A stretch of 64,000 nucleotides of DNA. Source: Rhodothermales bacterium. GTDB taxonomy: Bacteria; Bacteroidota; Rhodothermia; Rhodothermales; UBA10348. Within the stretch, counting starts at the first letter, position 1. Every line of letters begins with the position of its first letter. The notes below the pieces were generated by a model, which worked only from the letters and a program-made list of their open reading frames with translations, searched no databases and was not told the origin of the DNA. Location of the stretch: positions 69,528 through 133,527 of the forward strand of contig JAVJVN010000020.1 of NCBI GenBank assembly GCA_040221055.1. The letters run 5' to 3'. The translations under genes were made by a program, and so were the position numbers. Positions 48,128 through 57,599 of this stretch are shown piece after piece.

Positions 48128-49267
48128 TCAGCCGGCACGCAATCCGGCCATGAAGCGGTCCACGTCCTCCTCCGAATTGTAGGCATGGACCGATGCGCGC
48201 AGTCCCCCGCCCCGCGGAGAAACGAATACGTTCCGCTGCGCCAACCGGGACGTGAGCGCGTGCGGATCCGACGCATCCACCAGCACGATCCCGGAGCGTT
48301 CATTCGTCGATGTACGCGATCGTATGGTATACCCTTCGATTCGGAGCGCATCCACCAGATGGCCGGACAGGGACAGGATCCGATCGCCGATGGCCTGGAT
48401 TCCGGCGCGCTCCAGCACGTCCAACGCGGCCCCGAACGTAAAAATGCCCGGAAACAAGGGATGCCCCATCTCATGCCCGATCCCCGTGGGCCAGAAATCC
48501 ATCCGGTCATTTTCCAGGTCATAGGCCCGCTTGGCCGACCGCCACCCCGTCAGCGGTGGAAGCCCCTCCCGACCCGGAGCTCCGCGGGACGTCAACAGCA
48601 CGGCAATGCCGTATCCGGCCGTCGCCCACTTGTATCCGCTGAACACCAGGTAGTCCACGCCGTCTGCGTCCAACCGCACCGGAAAGGCTCCCACGGACTG
48701 CGTGGCATCGACCACAAATCCGACCCCCTTGCTCCGGCACACCGCTGAAAGCGCCTTCAGATCGGCCCGGAACCCCGTCGCATACTGGACGCTGCTGATG
48801 ACGAAGAGGGTGTGATCGCTCGTCAGGTGCCGGTCCAGGTCTTCCGCGGTTACCTTGCCGCTCGCCGGAACCGGCATGCGATGCAGCACGTGGCCCGCCG
48901 CCATGAACGGCGTGGTACACGACGGAAACTCGTTCTCCAGCACCACGACCCGGGTGCCGGACGGAAAACTGCGGGCCACCACATTCAGCCCCAACGATGC
49001 GTTCTGCAGGAACGACACGTCCTCGGCCTCCGCGCCGAAAGCCCGGGCGGTCCGGGCGCGCACGGACTCCACCCGTGCCAGCCACCGGGACCAGGCCGCA
49101 TCGCCTTCCTCCAGATGCTCGGTGTAGTACGCCATCCCGGCCGCGGCTGCCTCCCGGGACAGCGCCCCGCCACCGGCCGTGTTCAAATAGGCCGTGCCCT
49201 CCAAGGCCGGGAAGCGCTCCCTGAATGCGTTCCAATCCATACGGGTCTGTCCGGGTGGTGTGTCCAT
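48128..49267 (-). CDS. aminotransferase class V-fold PLP-dependent enzyme (cysteine desulfurase/selenocysteine lyase-like)
   Basis: It contains YLNTAGGG...VDATQSVG...FSGYKW (PLP lysine context). I trimmed the start to the ATG at 49267; the ORF-track entry is a long 5' over-extension. Confidence 0.8.
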   Translation of the reverse strand: MDTPPGQTRMDWNAFRERFPALEGTAYLNTAGGGALSREAAAAGMAYYTEHLEEGDAAWSRWLARVESVRARTARAFGAEAEDVSFLQNASLGLNVVARSFPSGTRVVVLENEFPSCTTPFMAAGHVLHRMPVPASGKVTAEDLDRHLTSDHTLFVISSVQYATGFRADLKALSAVCRSKGVGFVVDATQSVGAFPVRLDADGVDYLVFSGYKWATAGYGIAVLLTSRGAPGREGLPPLTGWRSAKRAYDLENDRMDFWPTGIGHEMGHPLFPGIFTFGAALDVLERAGIQAIGDRILSLSGHLVDALRIEGYTIRSRTSTNERSGIVLVDASDPHALTSRLAQRNVFVSPRGGGLRASVHAYNSEEDVDRFMAGLRAG

Positions 49268-49391
49268 CCGCTGAAGGTACAATTCACGGCCGTTCCCGTA
49301 CCATCCGGGACCGGACTTCGACCGTCCTGCTCCGCTGGCGTGCACCGTGATGCGCCCCATCCGTATATAGGGTTCCACGCTACGTCTGCTC

Positions 49392-49919
49392 ATGGTTCTT
49401 CGCACACGGCACGTACTCATGATTCTCCGCTCATTCCGATCGCTCCCTCCGCGCGCGGCCCTGTTCGTGGTCGTGCTGGCGCTGGGCGGATGCCGCGAAT
49501 TCCCGCTGGACCCGCTGCCCGGGGAACGGAGGGACGAGCCCCAGAGCTTCACGGTGCAACCGGACAGCATGTTCGAATTCCGGGTAGGCGATACCGTGGC
49601 CATTGAAGGCACGAACAAGTTCGTCCAGTTCCGATTGATCGTCGGGGACAGCCGATGCCCGTCCAACGTGGATTGCATCCACCCCGGGCAGGCCGATATC
49701 CTGCTCATCGTTTCAAACAGCCTGGATGACGCCGAATACCAGGTCCTGGCTACGATGCCGGGCCGGGTCGCCCAGCCGTTCCTGTCCGCGGACACCATCC
49801 AGTTCGAAGACCTCGGCATCCGGTTCATGGGCCTGACTCCCTATCCGCTCGCCGGCATCCAGACCCGTGAATCGGAATACGTGGCCAGCATGACCATTTC
49901 AGCGCTGACCGAGGATTAG
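49392..49919 (+). CDS. hypothetical lipoprotein
   Basis: It has a signal peptide with the lipobox LALGGC and no other motif I recognise. An alternative start is the ATG at 49419. Confidence 0.45.
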   Translation: MVLRTRHVLMILRSFRSLPPRAALFVVVLALGGCREFPLDPLPGERRDEPQSFTVQPDSMFEFRVGDTVAIEGTNKFVQFRLIVGDSRCPSNVDCIHPGQADILLIVSNSLDDAEYQVLATMPGRVAQPFLSADTIQFEDLGIRFMGLTPYPLAGIQTRESEYVASMTISALTED

Positions 49920-50037
49920 GCCGTATCAACACTAAGCCCTGGACGGCTGTTGATTCACACGTTTTTCCACGGAAGTCACGGGCCTGCGCCGCGTTCGGGC
50001 GTATATGCCCGCTCCAATCCAACGAACCCCATTTCCC

Positions 50038-50469
50038 ATGGCCATCGAACGCACACTCGCCATCATCAAGCCGGACGGTGTCCGCAAGAACCTCATCGGT
50101 GAAATCATCCGCCGCATCCAGGAAGCCGGATTCACCGTGCGCGCCCTGAAAATGGTGCAGCTCACCCAGACGCAGGCCGAAGGCTTCTACGAAGTCCATC
50201 GGGGCCGCCCGTTCTTTCCGGAGTTGACGGAATTCATGTCCAGCGGCCCGTGCGTCCCGATCGTACTGGAAAAAGAAAACGCCGTTGCCGATTATCGTAC
50301 ACTGATTGGCGCGACGGACCCGGCCGAGGCGGCCGAGGGCACCATCCGCCGTGATTTTGCGGACAACAAAGGGCAGAACATTGTACACGGATCGGATTCG
50401 GTCGAGAACGGCCGCCTGGAATCGAATTATTTCTTCCCCGAAATGGAGATCGTTGCGAACAAGGGCTGA
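50038..50469 (+). CDS. ndk: nucleoside-diphosphate kinase
   Basis: It contains [11 protein letters not shown]...NIVHGSDS, which includes the catalytic His. I trimmed the start to the ATG at 50038. Confidence 0.95.
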   Translation: MAIERTLAIIKPDGVRKNLIGEIIRRIQEAGFTVRALKMVQLTQTQAEGFYEVHRGRPFFPELTEFMSSGPCVPIVLEKENAVADYRTLIGATDPAEAAEGTIRRDFADNKGQNIVHGSDSVENGRLESNYFFPEMEIVANKG

Positions 50470-51733
50470 GGCCGGACTCGTCGTCCTTCCTCTCCTTCTG
50501 CTCGCCGCATGCGGCACCTCCACCGAGGATGCCCGCCAGGGCTCCCTGACTGTCGAAACGTCGGTCCCCGTGCAAACGGGGGCCGACGTTCTTGTTTCGG
50601 ACAGCCGCAATCCGCTTGCGGGCCGGCGGGTAGGGCTCATTGTCAACCACACATCCCGAACGGCCAACGGTCATGTGATCGATGCGCTCGCCGCCATGCC
50701 GGACGTGGAAATCACGGCCCTGTTCGGGCCGGAACACGGCATCCGCGGCGATGCGGATGCGGGCGAGGTCGTGGGCGATGCCCGTGATCCAGAGACCGGT
50801 GCCCCCATCTACAGCCTGTACGGGGAGCACCGGGCTCCAACGGCCGAGATGCTCGAGCATGTGGACCTGCTCATTTTCGACATGCAGGACGTGGGCGCCC
50901 GCTTCTATACGTACATCTCCACGATGGGGCTGTCCATGCAGGCGGCCGCCGAGCACGGAGTGCCGTTCATGGTGCTGGACCGCCCGAACCCGCTCGGCGG
51001 GCTGCGGGTGGATGGCTACGTCCGCGAGCCGGAATTCGAGTCGTTCGTCGGGCAGTTCCCCATTCCTGTCCAGCACGGTCTCACGATCGGCGAACTGGCG
51101 ACCATGATCCGCGATGAAGGATGGCTTCCGGGCGTGGATTCCCTGGACCTGACCGTGGTTACCATGCAGGGCTGGGAGCGATCCATGCTCTGGCCCGGAA
51201 CGGGCCTCGATTGGATCGCTCCCAGCCCGAACCTGCCGACATTCGATGCCGCCCTGGTCTATGCCGGCACCTGTCTGGTCGAAGCCACGACGGCCAGTGA
51301 AGGGCGCGGTACGGACCTGCCGTTCCTGACCATCGGCGCCCCCTGGATGGACGCACCGGCCGTCGCCGACGCCATCCGTCTGCCGGGACTGACCGTGGAC
51401 ACTCTGGACATCACACCGCGCAGCATTCCGGGGGCCTCGACGCATCCGAAGTGGCAGGACGAGGCCATTCGTGCGATTCGCATGGACGTGACCGATGCAT
51501 CAACCGTACGACCGCTGGAAGTGGGCATCCGGCTTTTGACGTCCATGATCCAAACGGCGCCGGATTCGACGCGCGAATCCATCATCCGGAGTTCAGGCAT
51601 GGCCCGGCTGTCGGGTACCCGGCGACTGGAAACGGCGTTGCGTTCGGGTGCATCCCCCGAAGCCATCATGGCGGAATGGGCCGATGAAGTCCGGGCGTTC
51701 GAGACGCTCAGGCGTTCGTATCTGCTGTATTGA
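50453..51733 (+). CDS. DUF1343 family protein (NamZ-like exo-beta-N-acetylmuramidase)
   Basis: It contains [10 protein letters not shown]...[10 protein letters not shown]...[16 protein letters not shown]. No in-frame ATG precedes the lipoprotein signal (LLLLAAC), so I propose a TTG start at 50453, which overlaps the ndk 3' end by 17 nt. The start is uncertain. Confidence 0.75.
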   Translation: MRTRAEAGLVVLPLLLLAACGTSTEDARQGSLTVETSVPVQTGADVLVSDSRNPLAGRRVGLIVNHTSRTANGHVIDALAAMPDVEITALFGPEHGIRGDADAGEVVGDARDPETGAPIYSLYGEHRAPTAEMLEHVDLLIFDMQDVGARFYTYISTMGLSMQAAAEHGVPFMVLDRPNPLGGLRVDGYVREPEFESFVGQFPIPVQHGLTIGELATMIRDEGWLPGVDSLDLTVVTMQGWERSMLWPGTGLDWIAPSPNLPTFDAALVYAGTCLVEATTASEGRGTDLPFLTIGAPWMDAPAVADAIRLPGLTVDTLDITPRSIPGASTHPKWQDEAIRAIRMDVTDASTVRPLEVGIRLLTSMIQTAPDSTRESIIRSSGMARLSGTRRLETALRSGASPEAIMAEWADEVRAFETLRRSYLLY

Positions 51734-52013
51734 CAGCGGACGGAGCGGCGTCAGGTGCCGGCGGGCGCTTCAGAATGGCGTAAATGATTTCAAGGTAGCC
51801 GCCCAGGATCAGGAGCGGTGCCACGTAAAGCGACAGGAAGCCGTCCACCTCGTTCTCCATCCGCATGACCACGTATCCGACCACAATGAGGGCAATGCCG
51901 AGCAGCAGGAGGACGTAGTTCTGGCGCGTGAATACCATCACGCCGCGGGTGCGCTTGCCCTGCGAGCGCCGACTCCGTCGGGCGGAAGACTGATCTTTCG
52001 GGGATTTCGCCAT
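51708..52013 (-). CDS. DUF3098-like small membrane protein
   Basis: It has a basic N-terminus, then FTRQNYVLLLLGIALIVVGYVVM and a second TM segment, a pattern I recall for DUF3098. I trimmed the start to the ATG at 52013. Confidence 0.6.
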   Translation of the reverse strand: MAKSPKDQSSARRSRRSQGKRTRGVMVFTRQNYVLLLLGIALIVVGYVVMRMENEVDGFLSLYVAPLLILGGYLEIIYAILKRPPAPDAAPSAVNTADTNA

Positions 52014-52093
52014 GGCCCGGAAAACTGACCGCGCGGATCCAGGTTCCTTTCCGGACGTGCGACGATGACACGGTCCGCCGTAAGGCCGTACAT

Positions 52094-52624
52094 TTGGGCC
52101 ATCGCCGCACGCCGTCCGGCGTGCATCCACCAACCACCGAAACCACGCATCCTGTGTCCACCTTCGTCCGTGTCATCGTCCTGGGACTGGCCACCATCCT
52201 GGTACAGTGGTTCGTATTGGGACGCATCACATTGTGGGGTGCCTACCCGGATGTCGTCCTGTTGTACGTGGCGTGGGTCGGGCTCCGGTACGGGCGGATG
52301 TGGGGAACGACCAGTGGATTCCTGGGCGGTTTCCTGCTTGACGCCATCTATGGGACATGGGGCATGCACATGCTGTTGAAGACCCTCATGGGCTTCCTGG
52401 CCGGGCTGTATCCCGCCTCCGAGCGGGAGTCGCTGGTCATCCTGCCGCGGCAGGCGTTCCTCGGGGGACTGGTCATCGCGGTCATCCACAATGGACTGTT
52501 CGTGATCATGTTGGCCTTGCAGGCGGGCGTCCGGAATACGTTCCTGGTAGCGGGGCTCTGGCTCGGATCGGCCCTTTATACCGCGTTCGTCGGCACGCTC
52601 GCGACCCTGTTTGGCACCCGGTGA
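52094..52624 (+). CDS. mreD: rod shape-determining protein MreD
   Basis: It is a 5-TM protein with the MreD-like pattern P(D)VVLLYVAW...G...GFLGGFLLD..YG..G. The start is uncertain. Confidence 0.6.
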   Translation: MGHRRTPSGVHPPTTETTHPVSTFVRVIVLGLATILVQWFVLGRITLWGAYPDVVLLYVAWVGLRYGRMWGTTSGFLGGFLLDAIYGTWGMHMLLKTLMGFLAGLYPASERESLVILPRQAFLGGLVIAVIHNGLFVIMLALQAGVRNTFLVAGLWLGSALYTAFVGTLATLFGTR

Positions 52625-52668
52625 CGTATGAATTGACGGTGGAGGCGAACCCAGCGGCGTGCCGTGGG

Positions 52669-52698
52669 TTGCACGACGTACTGAAACGAACCTATTTT
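52669..52698 (+). promoter_or_regulatory. possible promoter of tRNA-Ala (-35 TTGCAC, 18-nt spacer, -10 TATTTT)
   Basis: The hexamers were read directly from the sequence. The -10 ends 9 nt before the tRNA 5' end. The match is weak. Confidence 0.3.
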
Positions 52699-52707
52699 AC
52701 CGGTCTT

Positions 52708-52780
52708 GGGGCTATAGCTCAGTTGGTAGAGCGCTTGAATGGCATTCAAGAGGTCAGCGGTTCGAACCCGCTTAGCTCCA
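52708..52780 (+). tRNA. tRNA-Ala (anticodon GGC)
   Basis: A 73-nt cloverleaf: acceptor GGGGCTA/TAGCTCC with the G3:U70 Ala identity pair, D-arm GCTC/GAGC, anticodon stem CTTGA/TCAAG with loop AT-GGC-AT, and T-arm AGCGG-TTCGAAC-CCGCT. The CCA end is not encoded. Confidence 0.95.
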
Positions 52781-52804
52781 CAACCCAGGCCTTCTGAGGA
52801 TCCC

Positions 52805-53320
52805 GTGGCACATCCCGAGCACCTCGACATCCTGAACGCGGGAATTCCGGCCTGGAATGCCTGGCGGGAGCAGAACCCCGCTGTCACCCCCGATCTGTCC
52901 GGAGCCGATTTCACGGGCCGCGTCTTCATGGATGCCGATCTCCGCGGTGCCAACCTCCGGGGCACCTTCTTCACGGTCGCCGAAATGGAAGGCGCGCAAT
53001 TGGACCGGGCCGACCTCACAGCCGCCAACCTCACGGGCACGGACCTGTCACGGGCCACCCTGGTCGACGCCGACCTCACCGAAGCGGACCTGAGTTACGC
53101 CATCTGCACCTTCGCCGACCTGTCCGGGGTCAACCTGACGGATGCACGCCTGACCGAAGCCATCCTGTTCAATACCCGGATGAACGGGGCCACCCTTCGG
53201 CGGACGCTCCTGAGCGAAACCATCCTCACAGGCGCCGATCTCTCGGGAGCCATCATCGATCAGTGCGATCTGGGCGACGCACTCACGGACGGCGCCATCC
53301 TCCCGATTACCGCTCGCTGA
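52805..53320 (+). CDS. pentapeptide-repeat protein
   Basis: It has long runs of A(D/N)L-x-x repeats (ADLRGANLRGTFF..., ADLTAANLTGTDLSRATLVDADLTEADLS). The ORF-track ATG at 52739 lies inside the tRNA, so I used the in-frame GTG at 52805. Confidence 0.8.
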   Translation: MAHPEHLDILNAGIPAWNAWREQNPAVTPDLSGADFTGRVFMDADLRGANLRGTFFTVAEMEGAQLDRADLTAANLTGTDLSRATLVDADLTEADLSYAICTFADLSGVNLTDARLTEAILFNTRMNGATLRRTLLSETILTGADLSGAIIDQCDLGDALTDGAILPITAR

Positions 53321-54140
53321 CCCCGTCTGACGAGAACCAATGCGGCGCCGTCATGGCGGTGGCCGGGTCAAAGAATCCGTCGGGCAGCGTCACGTCCGCG
53401 CGCATTTCGGCGTAGTACTCCTCCAACGTAAGCGTGGAATCCACGTGGAAGAGCACCTCGGGGGCCACCCACCCGCCGGCCAACGGCTCGTACTTGTTGA
53501 ACAGGATTTCCTGGGTCAGCGGCCCCTGTTTCTGGATGAGGCGCACGAATACACGGCGCTCCTGGTCAATCCAGAACTGGTTGCGCTCCAGGTCCCCCTC
53601 GGCAGCGCCAACCACCCATGCCGGTCGTCCCTGCCACTCGGCCGTGTGGACGACGTCCAGGTCGAATCCCAGGGTATCCATGCGGGAGGCCGTCTCCTCC
53701 AGATCCTGGTGATACACATCGAAACCGAGCAGCAACAACGGATGCAGCGTCGGGCCGGCATTCACCACGGAGCCACCGGCAAACACGTAGATGGAATCGT
53801 TGCGGAAAATCCAGCTGTTCCCGCTGTCCGGCGAACCGATGTCAATCCGAAGCCGGCCCGGCAAGTCCATGGCCTCGTACCACAGGGTCGTATCGGCCGT
53901 GCCATCGGGCCGGTGCTGGATGGTGGTTTGTACGAACGTCATGGTCCGGTACCAATCCGATGCGTGTTCGGCATGCATGGCGGCCAGGACATCCCGTCCG
54001 GACTGGACGTCGACGGAGGCATCGGGCGAGGGCGTGCACGCGGCAAGCACAAGGACCGCCATCGCGAACAACACGGTCGGTAAAAAAGCGGCCGGGAGAA
54101 AACCGGCAAATCGATTCCGTAAGAGGGCTTTCAACATCAT
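53307..54140 (-). CDS. hypothetical lipoprotein
   Basis: It has a signal peptide with the lipobox LVLAAC. Its ATG overlaps the stop of the upstream DUF5916 gene as ATGA. I recognise no motif. Confidence 0.5.
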   Translation of the reverse strand: MMLKALLRNRFAGFLPAAFLPTVLFAMAVLVLAACTPSPDASVDVQSGRDVLAAMHAEHASDWYRTMTFVQTTIQHRPDGTADTTLWYEAMDLPGRLRIDIGSPDSGNSWIFRNDSIYVFAGGSVVNAGPTLHPLLLLGFDVYHQDLEETASRMDTLGFDLDVVHTAEWQGRPAWVVGAAEGDLERNQFWIDQERRVFVRLIQKQGPLTQEILFNKYEPLAGGWVAPEVLFHVDSTLTLEEYYAEMRADVTLPDGFFDPATAMTAPHWFSSDGVSER

Positions 54141-56383
54141 GAGATGAACGTATAGGTGTACTTCAGGAGGACATTCCGGCCGCCCGACACCGGAAGTGCG
54201 GGCGTTTCACGGAACCGGTCCGCGTTCAGGTTTTCGTTGTAGACAATCCAGAGATCGTTTCCTTCCCGGACGTTGTAGCGGAACCGTACGTTGGCCGCAA
54301 TGAGGTCGGCCGCCGTGTTGTACTGGATGAAGGCATTCAAGGATACACGCGTATTGAACCCGATCTGGGAACGCGCACCCACCAGATGCACATTGGCGGT
54401 CTGGTCCCGGTCCGGGAATTCCAGACGGGTATACGAGTACGTTCCGGCCAGTTCCAGATGCCGGTTCAGGTTCCACGTCGGGGAAAGCTCCGCGCCCAGC
54501 CGCCGTCCGTCAAAAAAGGATCCGCCCCGCAATTCGATCTGACCACGAAGCAGGGCGCCATCCGGCATTTCCCAGCGCGCCTGTCCCTCCACGTAGGTAT
54601 AGGACCCGGCAGGCACGGACGTTCCCTGGGGAAACGATACGGGCTCGAGCACATCCTCGTACAGCACATTCACCGAAGCCCGTGCACTCGCACTGCTCTT
54701 GAAATCCATGTCCCAGGAACTGCCCACACGAGCCGATTCCACGGTCCCGTCGTCGTTGCGCACGTACACGTCGCCGAAAACCGAGCCATCGTGATTACGC
54801 AGGACGGAGGCATCGCCTGGTCGCCAGCCGTACTGGCCGTCCAGGTTCATTTTCACATAGTTGTTGCGCGAAATGAACCCGATGCCCGGGTTGTAGGCCT
54901 TCCCGGCATACACAACCGAGGCTTTGTAGGTGAATCCGATGTTGCCACGACGGATGAGTTCCACGAGGCCGAGTCCGGCGTCCGCAAATGCCGTGGATGA
55001 CGCGTCCTCGAAGGACTGGGTCCACTTCAGATCCAGGTATTTTTCGTCGCCCAGGCTCAGCAGGCCATCCACGCCATAGGCCACATTCCACGACCCGTCG
55101 TCACCCAGGCGGGAGGTCATCATCAAGCCCGCATGCGACTGTTCGTTCAATACACGCCGTTTGGCGCGGACGACGCCGAAGTTCTCTGCCGGAATGGCCG
55201 TTTCGCCCACCGTCTGCATGTTGATGACGCCAATGTCCCACAGGCCCACGCGGCCCACCAGGCGGCCACCACCCAGGATCTGCACCGTCTCCCCCCCGAT
55301 GAGTCCGATGTTCCGGCTGTGGAACAAGCGGTCATTCCGACCGAACGAAAAATCAAACACACTCGAGCGCTCCTGGAAGAACTGCCGCTTCTCGGGGAAG
55401 AACAGGGAGAATCGCGTCAGGTTGACTTGCTGGTTGTCGGCCTCGACCTGGGCGAAGTCGGTGTTCAGCGTGACGTCGATGGTGAGGTTGCTCGTCAGGT
55501 TGTATTTGATGTCCACACCGGCCTGCCGCTCGAACCCGGATTCCGTGGACCACTCTCCGCCTTCCAGCGCCGGGGTCCAGTCCGCACCGGCTGCCACGTA
55601 GGGGGTAATATAGACGGGGCGGCTGGACTCCACGTCGGTCAGCACGACGGTCCGGGCCTGCGAGGGTTTGGCAAACCCCCGCTCCCAGTCCGGCGGAATG
55701 GCCGGAAACGTATGTCGCTCCCCTTTCCGGGCAATGTACCGGTAGGCCGACATCCCCATTTCCACCCGGTCGCCGTCCGCCTGGAATCCCAGACTGGAAA
55801 ACGGAATCCGCATTTCTGCGAACCAACCCTCGTCCGTCCGGGACGTCGCCACATCCCAGAACGTATTCCAGGAGTTGTTGATGGCCCCCATGGAGGAGCC
55901 GCCACCACCGCCTTCCGCGTCGTTGGAGACGGCCATATCCATCCGTACGCCGAGCGGAGTGGTGTAGAACCAGAGGGCATTCTGGTTGTCGTTGAAGGTG
56001 TCCAGCAGGATGGCGAACGTGTCGTCCCCGCTGTAGCGGTCGCGGTAGAGCGAGTTCGCCCGGATGCCTGAAGGATCCGAGTCGTACATCCGTCCCGCGA
56101 CGTAGAGGTGGGTCCGGTCGTAGGCCACCCGGATTTCGGTGCGCTCTGTAAGTTCGCCGCCGAAAATGGGCGCGTACATGGACAACGGGAGCGGCGCCAC
56201 GTCAGCCCATGCCGGTTCATCGGAGCGGCCATCCAATTCCACCGGTCCACTCAATCGGACCAGCGGAAGCGCACCCTGATCCTGGGCCGCCACGGGCCTG
56301 ACACCCGGCTCCATGCCGATCAACAGGCCAACCAACACGCCCGTGAATACCGCCCATCCCCTCATCGCCTTCAGCCGCCGCAT
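54137..56383 (-). CDS. CBM9-like plus DUF5916 outer-membrane-type protein
   Basis: It has a signal peptide, the N-terminal pattern DG..DE.AW....PL and FDTFNDNQNALWFYTTPLG, and a long beta-rich C-terminal part ending in an aromatic-rich terminus (KYTYTFIS). The family call is from memory. Confidence 0.7.
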   Translation of the reverse strand: MRRLKAMRGWAVFTGVLVGLLIGMEPGVRPVAAQDQGALPLVRLSGPVELDGRSDEPAWADVAPLPLSMYAPIFGGELTERTEIRVAYDRTHLYVAGRMYDSDPSGIRANSLYRDRYSGDDTFAILLDTFNDNQNALWFYTTPLGVRMDMAVSNDAEGGGGGSSMGAINNSWNTFWDVATSRTDEGWFAEMRIPFSSLGFQADGDRVEMGMSAYRYIARKGERHTFPAIPPDWERGFAKPSQARTVVLTDVESSRPVYITPYVAAGADWTPALEGGEWSTESGFERQAGVDIKYNLTSNLTIDVTLNTDFAQVEADNQQVNLTRFSLFFPEKRQFFQERSSVFDFSFGRNDRLFHSRNIGLIGGETVQILGGGRLVGRVGLWDIGVINMQTVGETAIPAENFGVVRAKRRVLNEQSHAGLMMTSRLGDDGSWNVAYGVDGLLSLGDEKYLDLKWTQSFEDASSTAFADAGLGLVELIRRGNIGFTYKASVVYAGKAYNPGIGFISRNNYVKMNLDGQYGWRPGDASVLRNHDGSVFGDVYVRNDDGTVESARVGSSWDMDFKSSASARASVNVLYEDVLEPVSFPQGTSVPAGSYTYVEGQARWEMPDGALLRGQIELRGGSFFDGRRLGAELSPTWNLNRHLELAGTYSYTRLEFPDRDQTANVHLVGARSQIGFNTRVSLNAFIQYNTAADLIAANVRFRYNVREGNDLWIVYNENLNADRFRETPALPVSGGRNVLLKYTYTFIS

Positions 56384-57579
56384 CAGTACGTCGCCACGGA
56401 TGGGTCAATCTCCCGGGACCAGGCCAGGATGCCCCCCTTCAGGTTGACCGCTTTCCCGAATCCCTGCTGGCGCAGATACGCCACCACCTGTGCCGAACGG
56501 GCACCGGAGCGGCACATCACCACCACGTCCTTTTCCCGCCAGGGCTCAAGTTCCTCCATCCGGGCCGTCAGTTCGCCCATCGGAATGAGGGTCCCGTCCA
56601 GATCGGCGATCTCCAATTCTTCGGGATTTCGGACATCCAGGAGCAGGAAGTCGTCCGCGGCCGCCTGCTTGGCGTGCAATTCCCGGACGGTCATTTCAGG
56701 TACGGAGGGCGAAAAAAACATGGATTCCCCGGTGGGTGAGGGCTCTGGTGTGGGTGATGATTCCTGCGTGGCAGCCGACGCGCAAAACGCATCGTAATCC
56801 ACGGGCTCCGTGATGGTCGGATGCTGCCCACATACGGCGCAATCCGGATCGGGGTCCACGGAAAGTGTACGGAAACGCCCGGACCCTACATCGGCCAGCA
56901 AGAGCCGGCCCACCAAGGGTTCCCCGGTCCCCGTCAGCCACTTCAATGCTTCGGCCGCCTGCAGGCTGCCCAGAACCCCCGGCAGCACCCCCAGCACCCC
57001 CGCCTCGGCGCACGAGGGCACCGCGCCCGGCGGGGGCGGCTCCGGAAACACGCACCGGTAACACGGCCCGCCGGGCGCCCCGAAAATGGAGACCTGACCA
57101 TCGAAACGGTAGATGGACGCATAGACGTTCGGGCGTCCGGTCCATACGCACACGTCGTTCACCAGGTAGCGCGTGGCAAAATTGTCCGTGCCGTCCACCA
57201 CCAGATCGTACTGCGAAATCAGCGCCTCGGCGTTCGCGGCGGTCAGCCAGGTATCGTGTTCCACGACGGTCACGTCCGGATTCAACCCGCGCAACCGCTC
57301 CGCCGCAGCCGCCACCTTCTTTCGACCCACATCCGCCGTCCCGAACAGGACCTGGCGCTGCAGATTGCCCGCATCCACCCGATCGTGGTCGACCAGGCCC
57401 AGGCAGCCGACGCCGGCCGCGGCCAGATACAGGGACACCGGCGCACCCAGCCCACCGGCGCCAATCACGAGGACGCGCGCATCCAGCAGCCGACGTTGGC
57501 CCTCCGCCCCGAACCCCGGAAGCAGCAGGTGCCTGCTGTATCGCTCTTTCTGGGCGGTGGTGAGGGTGGGCGTCAGCAT
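56383..57579 (-). CDS. moeB: MoeB/ThiF-type adenylyltransferase fused to a C-terminal rhodanese domain (MoeZ-like)
   Basis: It has the nucleotide-binding GAGGLG, two CxxC pairs (CYRC, CAVC) and a rhodanese active-site loop (CRSGARS). Confidence 0.85.
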   Translation of the reverse strand: MLTPTLTTAQKERYSRHLLLPGFGAEGQRRLLDARVLVIGAGGLGAPVSLYLAAAGVGCLGLVDHDRVDAGNLQRQVLFGTADVGRKKVAAAAERLRGLNPDVTVVEHDTWLTAANAEALISQYDLVVDGTDNFATRYLVNDVCVWTGRPNVYASIYRFDGQVSIFGAPGGPCYRCVFPEPPPPGAVPSCAEAGVLGVLPGVLGSLQAAEALKWLTGTGEPLVGRLLLADVGSGRFRTLSVDPDPDCAVCGQHPTITEPVDYDAFCASAATQESSPTPEPSPTGESMFFSPSVPEMTVRELHAKQAAADDFLLLDVRNPEELEIADLDGTLIPMGELTARMEELEPWREKDVVVMCRSGARSAQVVAYLRQQGFGKAVNLKGGILAWSREIDPSVATY

Positions 57580-57599
57580 GGGGCGGGAAAATCAGTCAT

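Noticed and set aside
52708-53320. tRNA-Ala as an integration hotspot or genomic-island boundary.
   Set aside because: No integrase, no direct repeat of the tRNA 3' end and no compositional break is visible. The tRNA is followed by an ordinary pentapeptide-repeat gene.
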